Below are positions 36,666-48,517 of a DNA stretch of 64,000 nt, in pieces (within the stretch, counting starts at the first letter, position 1; every line of letters begins with the position of its first letter). The notes beneath the pieces were generated by a model. That model worked only from the letters and a program-made list of their open reading frames with translations. It searched no databases and was not told where the DNA came from. The position numbers and the translations under genes were made by a program. The stretch lies in assembly GCF_001194135.2 (NCBI RefSeq), contig NC_068993.1, positions 10,550,811 to 10,614,810 on the forward strand. Reading direction: 5' to 3'. This DNA comes from Octopus bimaculoides (taxonomy: Eukaryota).

Positions 36666-37027
36666 TATTCACACAATTATAATGAATAATTCTAACAAAC
36701 AGAACATAAACAATATTAGCAACCTGAAATGTGCAGAATATATGGCCAGTAAATGGTGGATGTGTCAAAAATTGTAATCATCTATGCATCTACTGTCGCA
36801 TTTAACATTAACCATCATGAAGTAAATTACATTGATATGACAGCGAATCAATTTTTGATGAGATGTATCATGTGTTTAGTGACGCACTTATGCAGCTTTT
36901 GTAAAATGACAGTCAACTAAAGTTTATCAGCTGGTATGTCTTGGACATACGGTTCAGTATTTACTGTAGATTACAGACATGAGGAAAAAATTCTTTTTAA
37001 AAAACACAAAGCATGATAATAATAATA

Positions 37028-37183
37028 ATCCTTTCTACTGTAGGCACAAGGCCTGAAATTCCAGGGGAGGGTGCTAGTCGATTACATTGACCCCCAGTGC
37101 TTCACTAGTACTCATTTCATCAACCCTAAAAAAGGATGAAAGACAAAGTTGACTTCAGCAGAATTTGAACTGAGAATGTAAAT

Positions 37184-37225
<42 letters not shown>

Positions 37226-37398
37226 CATTTCTATTGTCGGTACAAGGCCTGAAATTATTGGGAGTCAATTACATCAACCCTGAAAAGATGAAAGTCAAAG
37301 TTGACCTTGGTGGAATTTGAACTCAGAACAAAGACGGGCAAAATACTGTTAAGCACTTTCTTCAGCATGCTAATGATTCTTCCAGTTCACTGCCTTTT
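37028..37398 (-). mobile_element. Two adjacent SINE family B copies
   Basis: ggcacaaggcctgaaatt...gattacattgaccccc...gaatttgaact, twice, separated by (AAT)n. Confidence 0.75.
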
Positions 37399-38564
37399 TG
37401 ATACTCGCATGGCTTTGGTTGGCCTAGGGCTATAGTTGAAGACACTTTGCCCAAGGCTCCACGAGATATTGAAAAGAAGAGGAAAAGAACTTGATATTTA
37501 TGAAAGTCAAGATGTTCTGATCTGAATAGATGTGGTTGGCATATCTACAATGATTTTTTGAGGGAGAGAGAATGAGAGAGAGATAGAGAGAGAGAGAGTG
37601 AGAGGGAGAGAGAGAGTGACTGCTGATGTATCTAAAGAGCAGATTTTCCTCAGTCCATTGCTGATGTAGTAGAGGAGTGCATTCTGTGTTTAATACTGAG
37701 GGTTGAAGAGAACATTATGAGTAATGCTTTCTTGATGAAGGTGGTGGTGGTGGTGGGGACTCTTAAATGAAAATATAATAAATAAAATTTTGGAAAGAAA
37801 ACAATCTTCTTTTTTTATCTCAATGTCTTGAAAATAAAAATCAAGTTACATGAAAGAGAAATTAAAAGAATTAAAAAAAAAAAAACGGTAAAAACTTATA
37901 CAAAAAAAAATGAAGTGAAATGAAATTGAAGAATATCAGAAAGTGAAAGAGAAGAATTAAAGAGGAAATTTCATGAAAAGTTCTCTCTTCTGAAGCATAT
38001 CCGATCACGTCCATTATGAATTTTATACAATATTCTTTATAGCAACAAGCGGCATCTCAGCTTCTGGTCTGCGATGCTAAGATTACATCGATGGAAAATT
38101 CAGGAATTTTTATTATTACTATGAAGTCAGGCACCGATCCTTCCCCGATTCTTGCTTTCTCACTATATCCTCCCATCTCTCACTGCTACTTTTTACTTTC
38201 CTCTCTCTCCTCCCCCTGTTTCTCTCTCTCTCTCTCTCCAAATACATCAACGCCATTCACCATTAAATGGCTAACTAACAACATCAATGCACGGGGAAAG
38301 CTGGATTTTTGTATGAGTCTGAAAAGGGAAACAGCTACAGCTATTGAATATTGCACAAGAATCAATACATATAGATCACACCGTATCACATCAGACGGCA
38401 ACTGTCAAAAATGGTACTTGGAACAGGGAAGTGGGGGCTTGCTGGCAAAACTAGAGGAGAAAAAAAACAAAAAACAACCTCATTTTGTTATCTTATTGTT
38501 TCTGTCGTCAGTTAAGCTGCAATTCCTATAAATTTGTCAATGTGTATGTAAATATACATGCACA

Positions 38565-38595
<31 letters not shown>

Positions 38596-38968
38596 ACACA
38601 CATATATATTTGTATGCTTGTATATACATACATACATATATATATTTATATATATATNNNNNNNNNNNNNNNNNNNNNNNNNNNNNNNNNNNNNNNNNNN
38701 NNNNNNNNNNNNNNNNNNNNNNNNNNNNNNNNNNNNNNNNNNNNNNNNNNNNNNNNNNNNNNNNNNNNNNNNNNNNNNNNNNNNNNNNNNNNNNNNNNNN
38801 NNNNNNNNNNNNNNNNNNNNNNNNNNNNNNNNNNNNNNNNNNNNNNNNNNNNNNNNNNNNNNNNNNNNNNNNNNNNNNNNNNNNNNNNNNNNNNNNNNNN
38901 NNNNNNNNNNNNNNNNNNNNNNNNNNNNNNNNNNNNNNNNNNNNNNNNNNNNNNNNNNNNNNNNNNNN

Positions 38969-39003
<35 letters not shown>

Positions 39004-39173
39004 GTATGTGTGTATTCCCATGTGTGTACATATACACACACACTCATATATGTATATGTGGGTGGGAGAGTATATGCATATATGCATGTGTGTTAATGGT
39101 GGGGAGTAACCTATACGTATCTTTTGTCTTGATCAAAATCTTAAGTTCCCATGATGCTTTCTGTTCATGTCAA

Positions 39174-39225
<52 letters not shown>

Positions 39226-39397
39226 NNNNNNNNNNNNNNNNNNNNNNNNNNNNNNNNNNNNNNNNNNNNNNNNNNNNNNNNNNNNNNNNNNNNNNNNNNN
39301 NNNNNNNNNNNNNNNNNNNNNNNNNNNNNNNNNNNNNNNNNNNNNNNNNNNNNNNNNNNNNNNNNNNNNNNNNNNNNNNNNNNNNNNNNNNNNNNNN

Positions 39398-39795
39398 GCA
39401 CATCAGCATCGAATTCAAATCAAACCACAATCAAATGGAAATTGTAGTTGTGGCTGATGCCAGCCCCACCTATCTGGCTCCCTATGCCAGTGGCATGTAT
39501 AGAGCACCATTTGAATATGGTTGATGCCAGCCCCCTTGCACCGACTGGCTCCTGTGCTGGTGGCATGTAAAAGCACCATCCAAACATAGTCGATGCCAGT
39601 CCCCTCTGGCCCCTGTGCCGGTGGAACGTAAAAAGCACCTACTACACTCATGGAGAGGTTGGCATTAGGAAGGGCATCCAGCTGTAGAAACTCTGCCAGA
39701 TCAGACTGGAGCCTGGTGCAGCCTCCTGGCTTCCCAGACCCCGGCCGAACCGTCCAACCCATGCCAGCATGGAAAGCGGACATTAAACGATGATA
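39398..39795 (+). mobile_element. RTE-LINE 3'UTR copy with three tandem units
   Basis: attgtagttgtggctgatgccag... (matches the UTR behind the RTE ORF at 7110-7290), then the terminal ~180 bp. Confidence 0.9.
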
Positions 39796-39944
39796 TATAA
39801 ACATACACGCACACACACACATGCACAAACACACACATATCTTTTACCTTTACTGTAATTTTTTCAGTCATTAAACTGGCCATGCTGGAGCACCACTTTG
39901 AAAAATTTTAGTGTGTGTGTGTGTGTGTGTGTGTGTATTCATTT

Positions 39945-40252
39945 ATTTGTTTCAGTCATTTGACTGCTTCCGTGCTGGAGCACTGCCTTTAGTCGAACAA
40001 ATCGACTCCAGGACTTATTCTTTGTAAGCCTAGTACTTATTCTATATAGGTCTATTTGGCCGAACCACTAAGTTACGGGGACATAAACACACCAACATCG
40101 GTTAAGTGATAGTGGTGGGGACAAACACACACACACACACCCACACACACATATATATATATATATATAATGGGCTTCTTTCAGTTTCTACCAAATCTAC
40201 TTGCAAGGCTTTGGTTGGCCTGAGGCTATAGTAGAAGACATTTGCCAAAGAT
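39945..40252 (-). mobile_element. SINE family A (3' two-thirds)
   Basis: ttgtttcagtcatttgactgc...(ca)n(ta)n...gggcttctttcagtttc...gaagacatttgcc. Confidence 0.85.
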
Positions 40253-41638
40253 GCTGCATCTTAGAAGCTGGTCATTTAGATAAAGAAAGTTTTTCATCTG
40301 GATTTAATTTGTGTGAATCTGTTTCTCCTCACAGCTTGTTTCTTCTGATAATGAAGACTGTATATATGTAACTATACACTCTGTGTGTGCGTGCACACAC
40401 ATAAAGGGAGTGCTGGCATCTATGGATTATAATAATCACTTGTCTAGATCAAAATTACGAGAATTCTTTCCATCATGCCACCATGCTCTCTGCATGATCA
40501 TAGATTTGTGCATTCCTGTGCATATGTACATGTATAGAATCTGTATATCTTTATTTTAACTAAATGTACATTTGTATGCGTTTGTGCCTAGAAATCAGTC
40601 TGTGTGTGCATGTATGTGTGTGTGTATATATATATATATATAAATGTATGGATGTTATGAGTAATCATGCTCCATATGCTTGTGTACATGCATATGCAGG
40701 TGTATGCATATATATGTATTTTAGCATATAAATATATGCTATGTTTTTGTGTGTATGTATGTATATAGGCAAGAATTTTCACATGTGGTTTTCATTTTAG
40801 AAGGAGGAGAACTAGAGAGCTATTAAAGGGAGGTTATACCTGCAGCATTCAACATGCTGATCAATTAATCATATACCAGCATGTTTTACCTAAATATGTT
40901 CAACAGAGTTATTACTTGTTTTGAAATATGAAATAAATCAGACTAACATCTGTTTGATAGCTTAATCTTTGTTCATTATCTGAGCTAGGCTTGCCAGATT
41001 AAGCTACAAGTCTTGAATTATTGTAGCTTTCAGGACTGCACACTGCAATTATTATTATTATTATTAATACTATTATCATTATTAATACTATTATTATTAT
41101 TATTAATTTGGACTACTGGCTACCTTAAAATTTTAACTGTAAGTATTCTATTGAATACCATATGAAAATACTGACTTTGTAAATTTAAACAGACCAACAG
41201 GTAAACTTTTGTGTGTTTGTGTGATCATTTTTTAACAGCCACCAAAATTTTTTAACATCCATGCTTGCATGGATCATATAGAGTTTATTGAGGTTAAATT
41301 TTCTACAGCCAGATACCCTTCTAGTCGCCAGCCCTCACTTGTTTCCAAGCAAGGTAATATTTCCCCATGGCCAGATATTTTATTTACATATTTGTGACTA
41401 TTCAGTGGTACAGAAGTATTTTTTGACTTCTATTTTTTAGCGATATAGGTACTCATGTAGTACCCTTGTGTATATATGTACATATCTAATATTGTATGTA
41501 TATATTTTATTAATTTGCTTGCATGGCTGATAATTCGCTTACCACTTGTGATGGTATTTTAATACTATATATAAAAATTAACAGAAAGAGATAAAAATCC
41601 AAGGCTGTGAAAGATTTCAGAACATTTATAAATAGAAG

Positions 41639-41686
41639 GTCTTACAGCTGTTTCCGGGATATTTTATATGTCTCTTCATCGGAGAC
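41639..41686 (-). ncRNA. Degenerate minimal hammerhead motif (CCGAUGA core), probably from a Penelope terminal repeat
   Basis: GUCU CCGAUGA A GAGA...UCCC G GAA ACAGCUGU A AGAC: stem I 4 bp, 8-nt palindromic stem III, GUA triplet, weak stem II. Confidence 0.5.
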
Positions 41687-42139
41687 AGTGTGAGAAGATG
41701 GTTAAGCAATAGTTAATTTAGATAAGATATGAAATAGAGAGTGAAGTGGAGGAATGAAAATAGATGCGAGATATGTAGGGATATTGTATCTGTATTTCCA
41801 TTATTTAGGTAGAATAGTACACATATAAGATTCCTGTACCTTGTGAGTAAGTTCCAATAGTACTTAAAATTGGTCATTCCAAGCATAGAGTTTGCAAAGA
41901 GTGTTAATGAATCGAGGGTTTTTTTGAAGTGACTTAAAAGTTGGGAATGTGTTTGTANNNNNNNNNNCGAGATATGTAGGGATATTGTATCTGTATTTCC
42001 ATTATTTAGGTAGAATAGTACACATATAAGATTCCTGTACCTTGTGAGTAAGTTCCAATAGTACTTAAAATTGGTCATTCCAAGCATAGAGTTTGCAAAG
42101 AGTGTTAATGAATCGAGGGTTTTTTTGAANNNNNNNNNN

Positions 42140-42313
42140 AGAAAGCTGTGGTGAAAGAGTACAGCAGGGTTCGTCACCATCCCCTGCCGGAGCCTAGTGG
42201 AGCTTTAGGTGTTTTCGTTCAATAAACACTCACAACGCCTGGTCTAGGAATCGAAACCGCGATCCTATGACTGCGAGTCCGCTGCCCTAACCACTGGGCC
42301 ATTGCACCTCCAC
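42140..42313 (-). mobile_element. SINE family C, 5' part
   Basis: Closely similar to 6240-6414. Confidence 0.85.
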
Positions 42314-42345
42314 ACATATATATATGTATGTATATATATTTATAA

Positions 42346-42380
<35 letters not shown>

Positions 42381-42765
42381 CACACACGCACACACACATA
42401 TACAATGATGATAGCATTTATTTTAAGGTCATTCAATCGAATGATGTATTGAGTAAACAGAACTGAGAATGCACCTATAATGCATGTCAGAAACAGCTTT
42501 TAGTCAAAAATGCACAAATAAAGAAATATGCAAAGCCTATTATTTAGGCCTTTCCTTTTATGGAAGGAAGATGTTAAATGATGATGATAACGATATGTAT
42601 ATATATGTATATATATAGGTGTAGGTTGCTCTCCAGCCTTGTGGTCCCCGGTTCAGTCCCACTGTGTGGCACCATGGGCAAGTGTCTTCTACTATAGCCC
42701 TGGACTAACTAAAGCCTTGTAAATGGATTTGGTAGATGGAAATTGAAAGAATACCTAGTCACACA

Positions 42766-42796
<31 letters not shown>

Positions 42797-42989
42797 TTAC
42801 TGTTGTCTTGACATGGTGTAATGATTATAAATGAGCATCAATGTATGTAGGCGTGTTTATGTGTGTGTGCGTACATGAAGAACAGGCATTTATATCACTT
42901 TCCTAGTAATCATTCAAGTGGATCATATATTCTTAGAAATTATTCCTTTGCCGCTTCAGTGAATACATGCAAAGAGAACCACCATCTTT

Positions 42990-43445
42990 GCTGGAGGTGA
43001 AGGAGGAGAAACAAAGGAGGAGGTGGTGAAGAAAATGGAGGGGGAAGAGGAGGAGAGGAGGAAGACAAGGAGAGTAGGAAGAAGAGAAAGAGGAAGAAGA
43101 GAAAGAGGAAGAAGAGAAAGAGGAAGAAGAGAAGGGAGAGGAGGAAGATAAGGGAGAGGAGGAAGATAAGGGAGAGGAAGATAAGGAGAGGAAGGGAAAG
43201 AGGAGGAAAAGATAAGGAAAGGAGGAGGGGAAGAGAAAGAAGAGGAAAATAAGGAGAGGAGGAGGAAGAGGAGAGGAAGAGAAAGAGGAATATAAGGAAG
43301 AGGAGGAAGAAGAAAATAAAGCAGAAGAGAAGGAAAAGGAGGAAGGGGCAGAAGCTGAAGAGGAAGTAGGGGGAGGAAGAAGTAACAGGAAGAGGAGAAA
43401 GAAGAGGGAAGGAGAAGAATGAGGAAGAAGAAGGAGAAGAAATGG
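42990..43445. repeat. Purine-rich (GGA/GAA) low-complexity tract
   Basis: Visible. Confidence 0.9.
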
Positions 43446-44162
43446 TTAGAATAGACCAGCATCCATTAGAGTCTGAGCCTTCAAACTCTTATCTGATAAC
43501 AGAGCTCAGTTTTACTTGCTAACTAACAAACCAAAGCGCCACCGTTTCCTTTGTTGTTGTTGTTGACCATCTAATTTTGGAAGTTGATTTTCATATTTCA
43601 TAGTTTCTCTTTAAATCAACCACGACAACAACAACAACAACAACGAACTGCGACAGTAATTACAGAAAATAAAATTTTTAAAAAAATCAGAAAAAAACTG
43701 ACAAAAATAAACAACAAAGAAAATCTCGCAAAAACACTGTTGCTCTCATTTCATTATTATTATTACCATTATTATTAATATTATTATTATTATAATCATT
43801 ATTGCATTTCATGTGTGCAGACGTCATATTTCATTGGGTTGGGTGATAAAATTCCTGTTCAAGGTCGATCGATAATTTTGTGTGTCCAAAAAAACAAAAA
43901 TCTACTTCAGTGGAAACATTTATGGTTGTTTGCAGGAAACCCTCCCAGAATTCCCCTTCACCATTCTTGCTAGTGTAATGGGTGAATTTAACAATATGGG
44001 TTTATGTTCATCCTATTCTTCCTCCTCTTCTTTTTTTTTATTCCCATTGTTCATTTTGTTGATGTTCCTTTTGTTATCATCATTATTATTAATTTTATTA
44101 TTATCATATTTGATTGGCTCTTTCTCATACCCAGACCTAGACTGTTGAGTGTTTGGCATGAT

Positions 44163-44199
<37 letters not shown>

Positions 44200-44364
44200 T
44201 ATATACATATATATAGTTTGTGTAGTTGCTGCCGGTGGTGGTGTTGTACTGCGTGTTGTTGCTCTTATAGATGTGGTTTATTTGCAGTCTTTTCATGTAA
44301 TGTTTCTAGTAGTTGTTGTAGTGGTGGCGATGGTGTTTCTTGTTCTTGTTGATGTCATGCTTGT

Positions 44365-45432
44365 TGTTAAGCACCCTGGGACCACCCTGATTGAACTAAC
44401 CAATAATTAAAGGCTTTCCTACCACGACCATCCCATCACTTGTTTTCCAGAGTGCTACTGCTTTGTGTCCTTGTTGCAATTCTTATATTGTCGTTAGCAC
44501 CCAGGGATCACCCTGAGTGAACTTACCAATAATTAAAGGCCTTCTAGCCATGACCATCCCATCATTTATTTTCCAGAGTGGTAGTATTTCTTGTCCTAGT
44601 TGTTGCTATTCTTATATTGGGACTATCCTGGTTGAGCTGACCAGTGGTCAAAGACATATCAAAAGGATCTCAACAATGACCAACCTATCTTTTTTTTCCC
44701 CATGTTATTAAATACACCCTTCTAATTTTTCTAAAAACAGTAAGGTGCGATTTGAGGGAAATTTGGCTACTATTTCTAGCTGATCGAACAACTATGTAGA
44801 GGCTCCCTCATGCCGCCACTGTAGTAGTAGTAGTTCCATTATACAGTTGTCGTTGTTGTTGTCGCTCATAGTGGTAGAGATTTTAGTTCAGCCTGGGATT
44901 ATCCTGACTGAGCTGACCGATGGTCAAAGACATCAAAATCAATCCAACAATGACCATCCTATCTCTCCCCACCCAGATATAGCAATTTTGGGACTACGTA
45001 ATAGAATACATCTTTTCAAGTTTCTTAAAAACAGTAAGGTGTGATTTGAGGAAAATTTGGCTACTATTTCTAGCTGATCGACCAACTACGAAGAGGCTCC
45101 TTCATGCTGCTACTGTAGTAGTTGTTGCATCATACAGTTGTTATTGTTGCTGTTGTCGTTGATGGCGATGGTGATTTTAGTTGTTGCAGTTGTTTAACCG
45201 TGTCATCGTTGTTTAACCCATGGTCACCCTCCATCAGGCTTTCCTATGATCAAAGACAGTCCTACCTTGACCACCGCAACTTTACTCTACACGTGATGCA
45301 TTAAGAACTTACATCATCTCGACATATCGCTCCATTTCTTTTAATTCATTTCGTTAATATCACAAGGTATGATGCGAAAGAGATTTGGCTTCTATTTCTA
45401 GCAAGCCCATTGACCACTTATAGCCACCCTCA
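44365..45432 (+). mobile_element. Cluster of about 5 co-oriented copies of repeat family E
   Basis: Repeated caccct-gattgaact..catgaccatccc and aacagtaaggtg(c/t)gatttgagg(g/a)aaatttggctactatttctagctgatcga blocks separated by (GTT)-rich tracts. Confidence 0.75.
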
Positions 45433-45836
45433 TTAAGTTGGTAGTAGTTGTAGTAGTAGGATATTTCTCTGCTTGTTGTTGTTGTTGTTGTTCGAATTAG
45501 ATTTTTGTTGTTGTAGTAATAGTTGTTGTTCATTTCGAGGTTATGATTTTATCTCGTCGTTGTTGTTGTCGTTGTTGTAGACGATGTTGGTGTTGTTGTG
45601 GTTGTTGCTGTGTTCATTGGTGTGTTTATTGCTGTGATATTGTTGTAGTGTTTGGTTTGGTTTGGTTCATTTTCCAGTCTACTGAAACATGTGACTTTGA
45701 AATGGAGCGATGCTTATGTGAGAGAGAGAAAGTGGAGAGAAAGATGAAAGGAGGAGGAGGAGGAGGAGGAGAAAAAGAAAGTGAAATAAAGAGAGAGAGA
45801 GAGAGAGAGAAGGGGAGCGAGGAGGAATATAAGGGA

Positions 45837-45882
<46 letters not shown>

Positions 45883-46657
45883 NNNNNNNNNNNNNNNNNN
45901 NNNNNNNNNNNNNNNNNNNNNNNNNNNNNNNNNNNNNNNNNNNNNNNNNNNNNNNNNNNNNNNNNNNNNNNNNNNNNNNNNNNNNNNNNNNNNNNNNNNN
46001 NNNNNNNNNNNNNNNNNNNNNNNNNNNNNNNNNNNNNNNNNNNNNNNNNNNNNNNNNNNNNNNNNNNNNNNNNNNNNNNNNNNNNNNNNNNNNNNNNNNN
46101 NNNNNNNNNNNNNNNNNNNNNNNNNNNNNNNNNNNNNNNNNNNNNNNNNNNNNNNNNNNNNNNNNNNNNNNNNNNNNNNNNNNNNNNNNNNNNNNNNNNN
46201 NNNNNNNNNNNNNNNNNNNNNNNNNNNNNNNNNNNNNNNNNNNNNNNNNNNNNNNNNNNNNNNNNNNNNNNNNNNNNNNNNNNNNNNNNNNNNNNNNNNN
46301 NNNNNNNNNNNNNNNNNNNNNNNNNNNNNNNNNNNNNNNNNNNNNNNNNNNNNNNNNNNNNNNNNNNNNNNNNNNNNNNNNNNNNNNNNNNNNNNNNNNN
46401 NNNNNNNNNNNNNNNNNNNNNNNNNNNNNNNNNNNNNNNNNNNNNNNNNNNNNNNNNNNNNNNNNNNNNNNNNNNNNNNNNNNNNNNNNNNNNNNNNNNN
46501 NNNNNNNNNNNNNNNNNNNNNNNNNNNNNNNNNNNNNNNNNNNNNNNNNNNNNNNNNNNNNNNNNNNNNNNNNNNNNNNNNNNNNNNNNNNNNNNNNNNN
46601 NNNNNNNNNNNNNNNNNNNNNNNNNNNNNNNNNNNNNNNNNNNNNNNNNNNNNNNNN

Positions 46658-46937
46658 AGAGAAGCAAGAGAGAGAGAGAGAGAAGCAAGAGAGAGAGAGA
46701 GAAAAAAAGAGAGAGAGAAGCAAGAGAGAGCAAGAGAGAGAGAATCAAGAGAGAGAGAAGCAAGAGAGAGAGAGAGGGAGAAGCAAGAGAGAGAGAGAGA
46801 AGCAAGAGAGAGCAAGAGAGAGAGAGAAGCAAGAGAGAGAGGGAGAGCAAGAGTGAAAGAGAGAATGAGAGAGAAAGAGAGCGAGAGAGCAAAAGAGAGC
46901 GGGAGAGAGAAAGAAAGTAAGGGGGAGAAAGAGAGCA

Positions 46938-46977
<40 letters not shown>

Positions 46978-46980
46978 AAG
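46658..46980. repeat. (AG)n-derived minisatellite agcaagagagagagaga
   Basis: Visible, next to a gap. Confidence 0.9.
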
Positions 46981-48060
46981 GGAGAATTTGAGGAAGTGAA
47001 AGTAAGTTGTTATAATTTTGTTTGGATTTTAATGTGAAAATATCAAAGACAAAACTCTGCCAACCACCATAACAGAAGAAACCATTTTCATTGGAACTAT
47101 TTCTGATATCATGGCAAAATTGTTAGCGTGTTAGACTAAATGCTTTGTGGTATTTGTTCCAGTTCTTTGTGATCTGGTTTCAAATCCTACCACAGTAAAC
47201 TTCAATTTATCAACTCTGAGAGGATGTAAACGAAAGATACCAGTCAAATATTTGGGGTCAGTACCCACTGATCAGGGCCTTATGTATGTTAGAAACGATT
47301 ATCTTAGAATAATTCTGCTGGTTCCTCTGGTACATAACCTTTCCGTAACACTTCCATGTGATTCGTTGAAGGGGGAGGGGAAGAGGGAGATGGGGAGGAA
47401 GAGAGAGAGATGGGAAGAGGTGGTGGTGATGAGTAAATGCATAATTTTTGTCCTCCTTCATTACTCCATTCAAGTGATTAGTTGAAGGAAAAGGCAAAGA
47501 GTGAGAGAAAAAGAGGGTGAAGCGAAGGGTGGGAGAGAAATAAGGAGTGTGCTGTGTATTATGTCTATAAAATTGTGCATGGAGTATATAAAGTGTATAT
47601 ATATAAAGTTCATTTAGTAATCATTGTATTCCAATTTCCTTCACTCTTCAATGATTAGCAGACTATTTTTTGGTACAGACTGTCTTTTGGTACAGACACA
47701 ACACAGGTTAAGCCTTCAGGTCTTTTGGATAAAGTTTTCAGAAATAACCCAATAAGTTTATTATATAATTCCATTAAATACTCACAGGTCCCTGATAGTT
47801 ATTATTAACCCCTGGTTGTGTTTTTGCAATGCAAAACCTGCTCCAACTTGTTTGGACATGAACTCGCAGGGAAGCATACTCACTGAGCATACGAAATGTT
47901 CAGTACATAGTCGACATCCATAGCTAACAATTGCATACTGTCCTTTTCTTCCAGACTGTGAAAGCTTACCATAATGTTTAATCTAAATACAGTGAAATTT
48001 TAAGATTTCATTTTTTTTATGGGCATATATGGGTTAAATCTATAAAGTTGTGCATAAATA

Positions 48061-48517
48061 TCATCATCATCATCATCATCGTTTGACATCCACCTTCCAT
48101 GCTAGCATGGGTTGGACGATTTGACTGAGGACTGGTGAACCAGATGGCTGCACCAGGCTCCAATCTGATTTGGCAGAGTTTCTACAGCTGGATGCCCTTC
48201 CTAACGCCAACCACTCTGAGAGTGTACTGGGTGCTTTTACGTGCCACCGGCACAAGGGCCAGTCAGGCAGTACTGGCAACGGCCATGCTCAAAATGGTGT
48301 TTTTTTATGTGGCACTGGCAACGACCTCGCTCGAATGATTTTCTAACGTGCCACCGGCACAAGTACCAGTAAGGCGATGCTGGTAACGATCACGCTCAAA
48401 TGGTGCTATTTACGTGCCACTAGCACGGAAGCCAGACAGCTGCTCTGGCAATGATCACGCTCGGATGGTGCTGTTAGTGCTCCACTGGCACGGGTGCCAG
48501 TCATCGAAATATGGTTC
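48061..48517 (-). mobile_element. RTE-LINE 3'UTR copy with 4-5 tandem ~62-nt units
   Basis: (cat)n tail, terminal ~180 bp, then repeated gtgcttttacgtgccaccggcac...gccagt...actggc...cgctcgaatg. Confidence 0.9.

Noticed and set aside
41767-42129. Identical 162-bp direct repeat (41767-41928 and 41968-42129)
   Set aside because: Each copy is followed closely by a 10-N placeholder gap and the copies are identical, typical of an unmerged contig overlap.
48226-48505. Tandem units as a CRISPR array or twister ribozyme
   Set aside because: There are no unique spacers and the context is a eukaryotic LINE. The hairpin-GUAAA resemblance to twister lacks the conserved loop and pseudoknot sequences.
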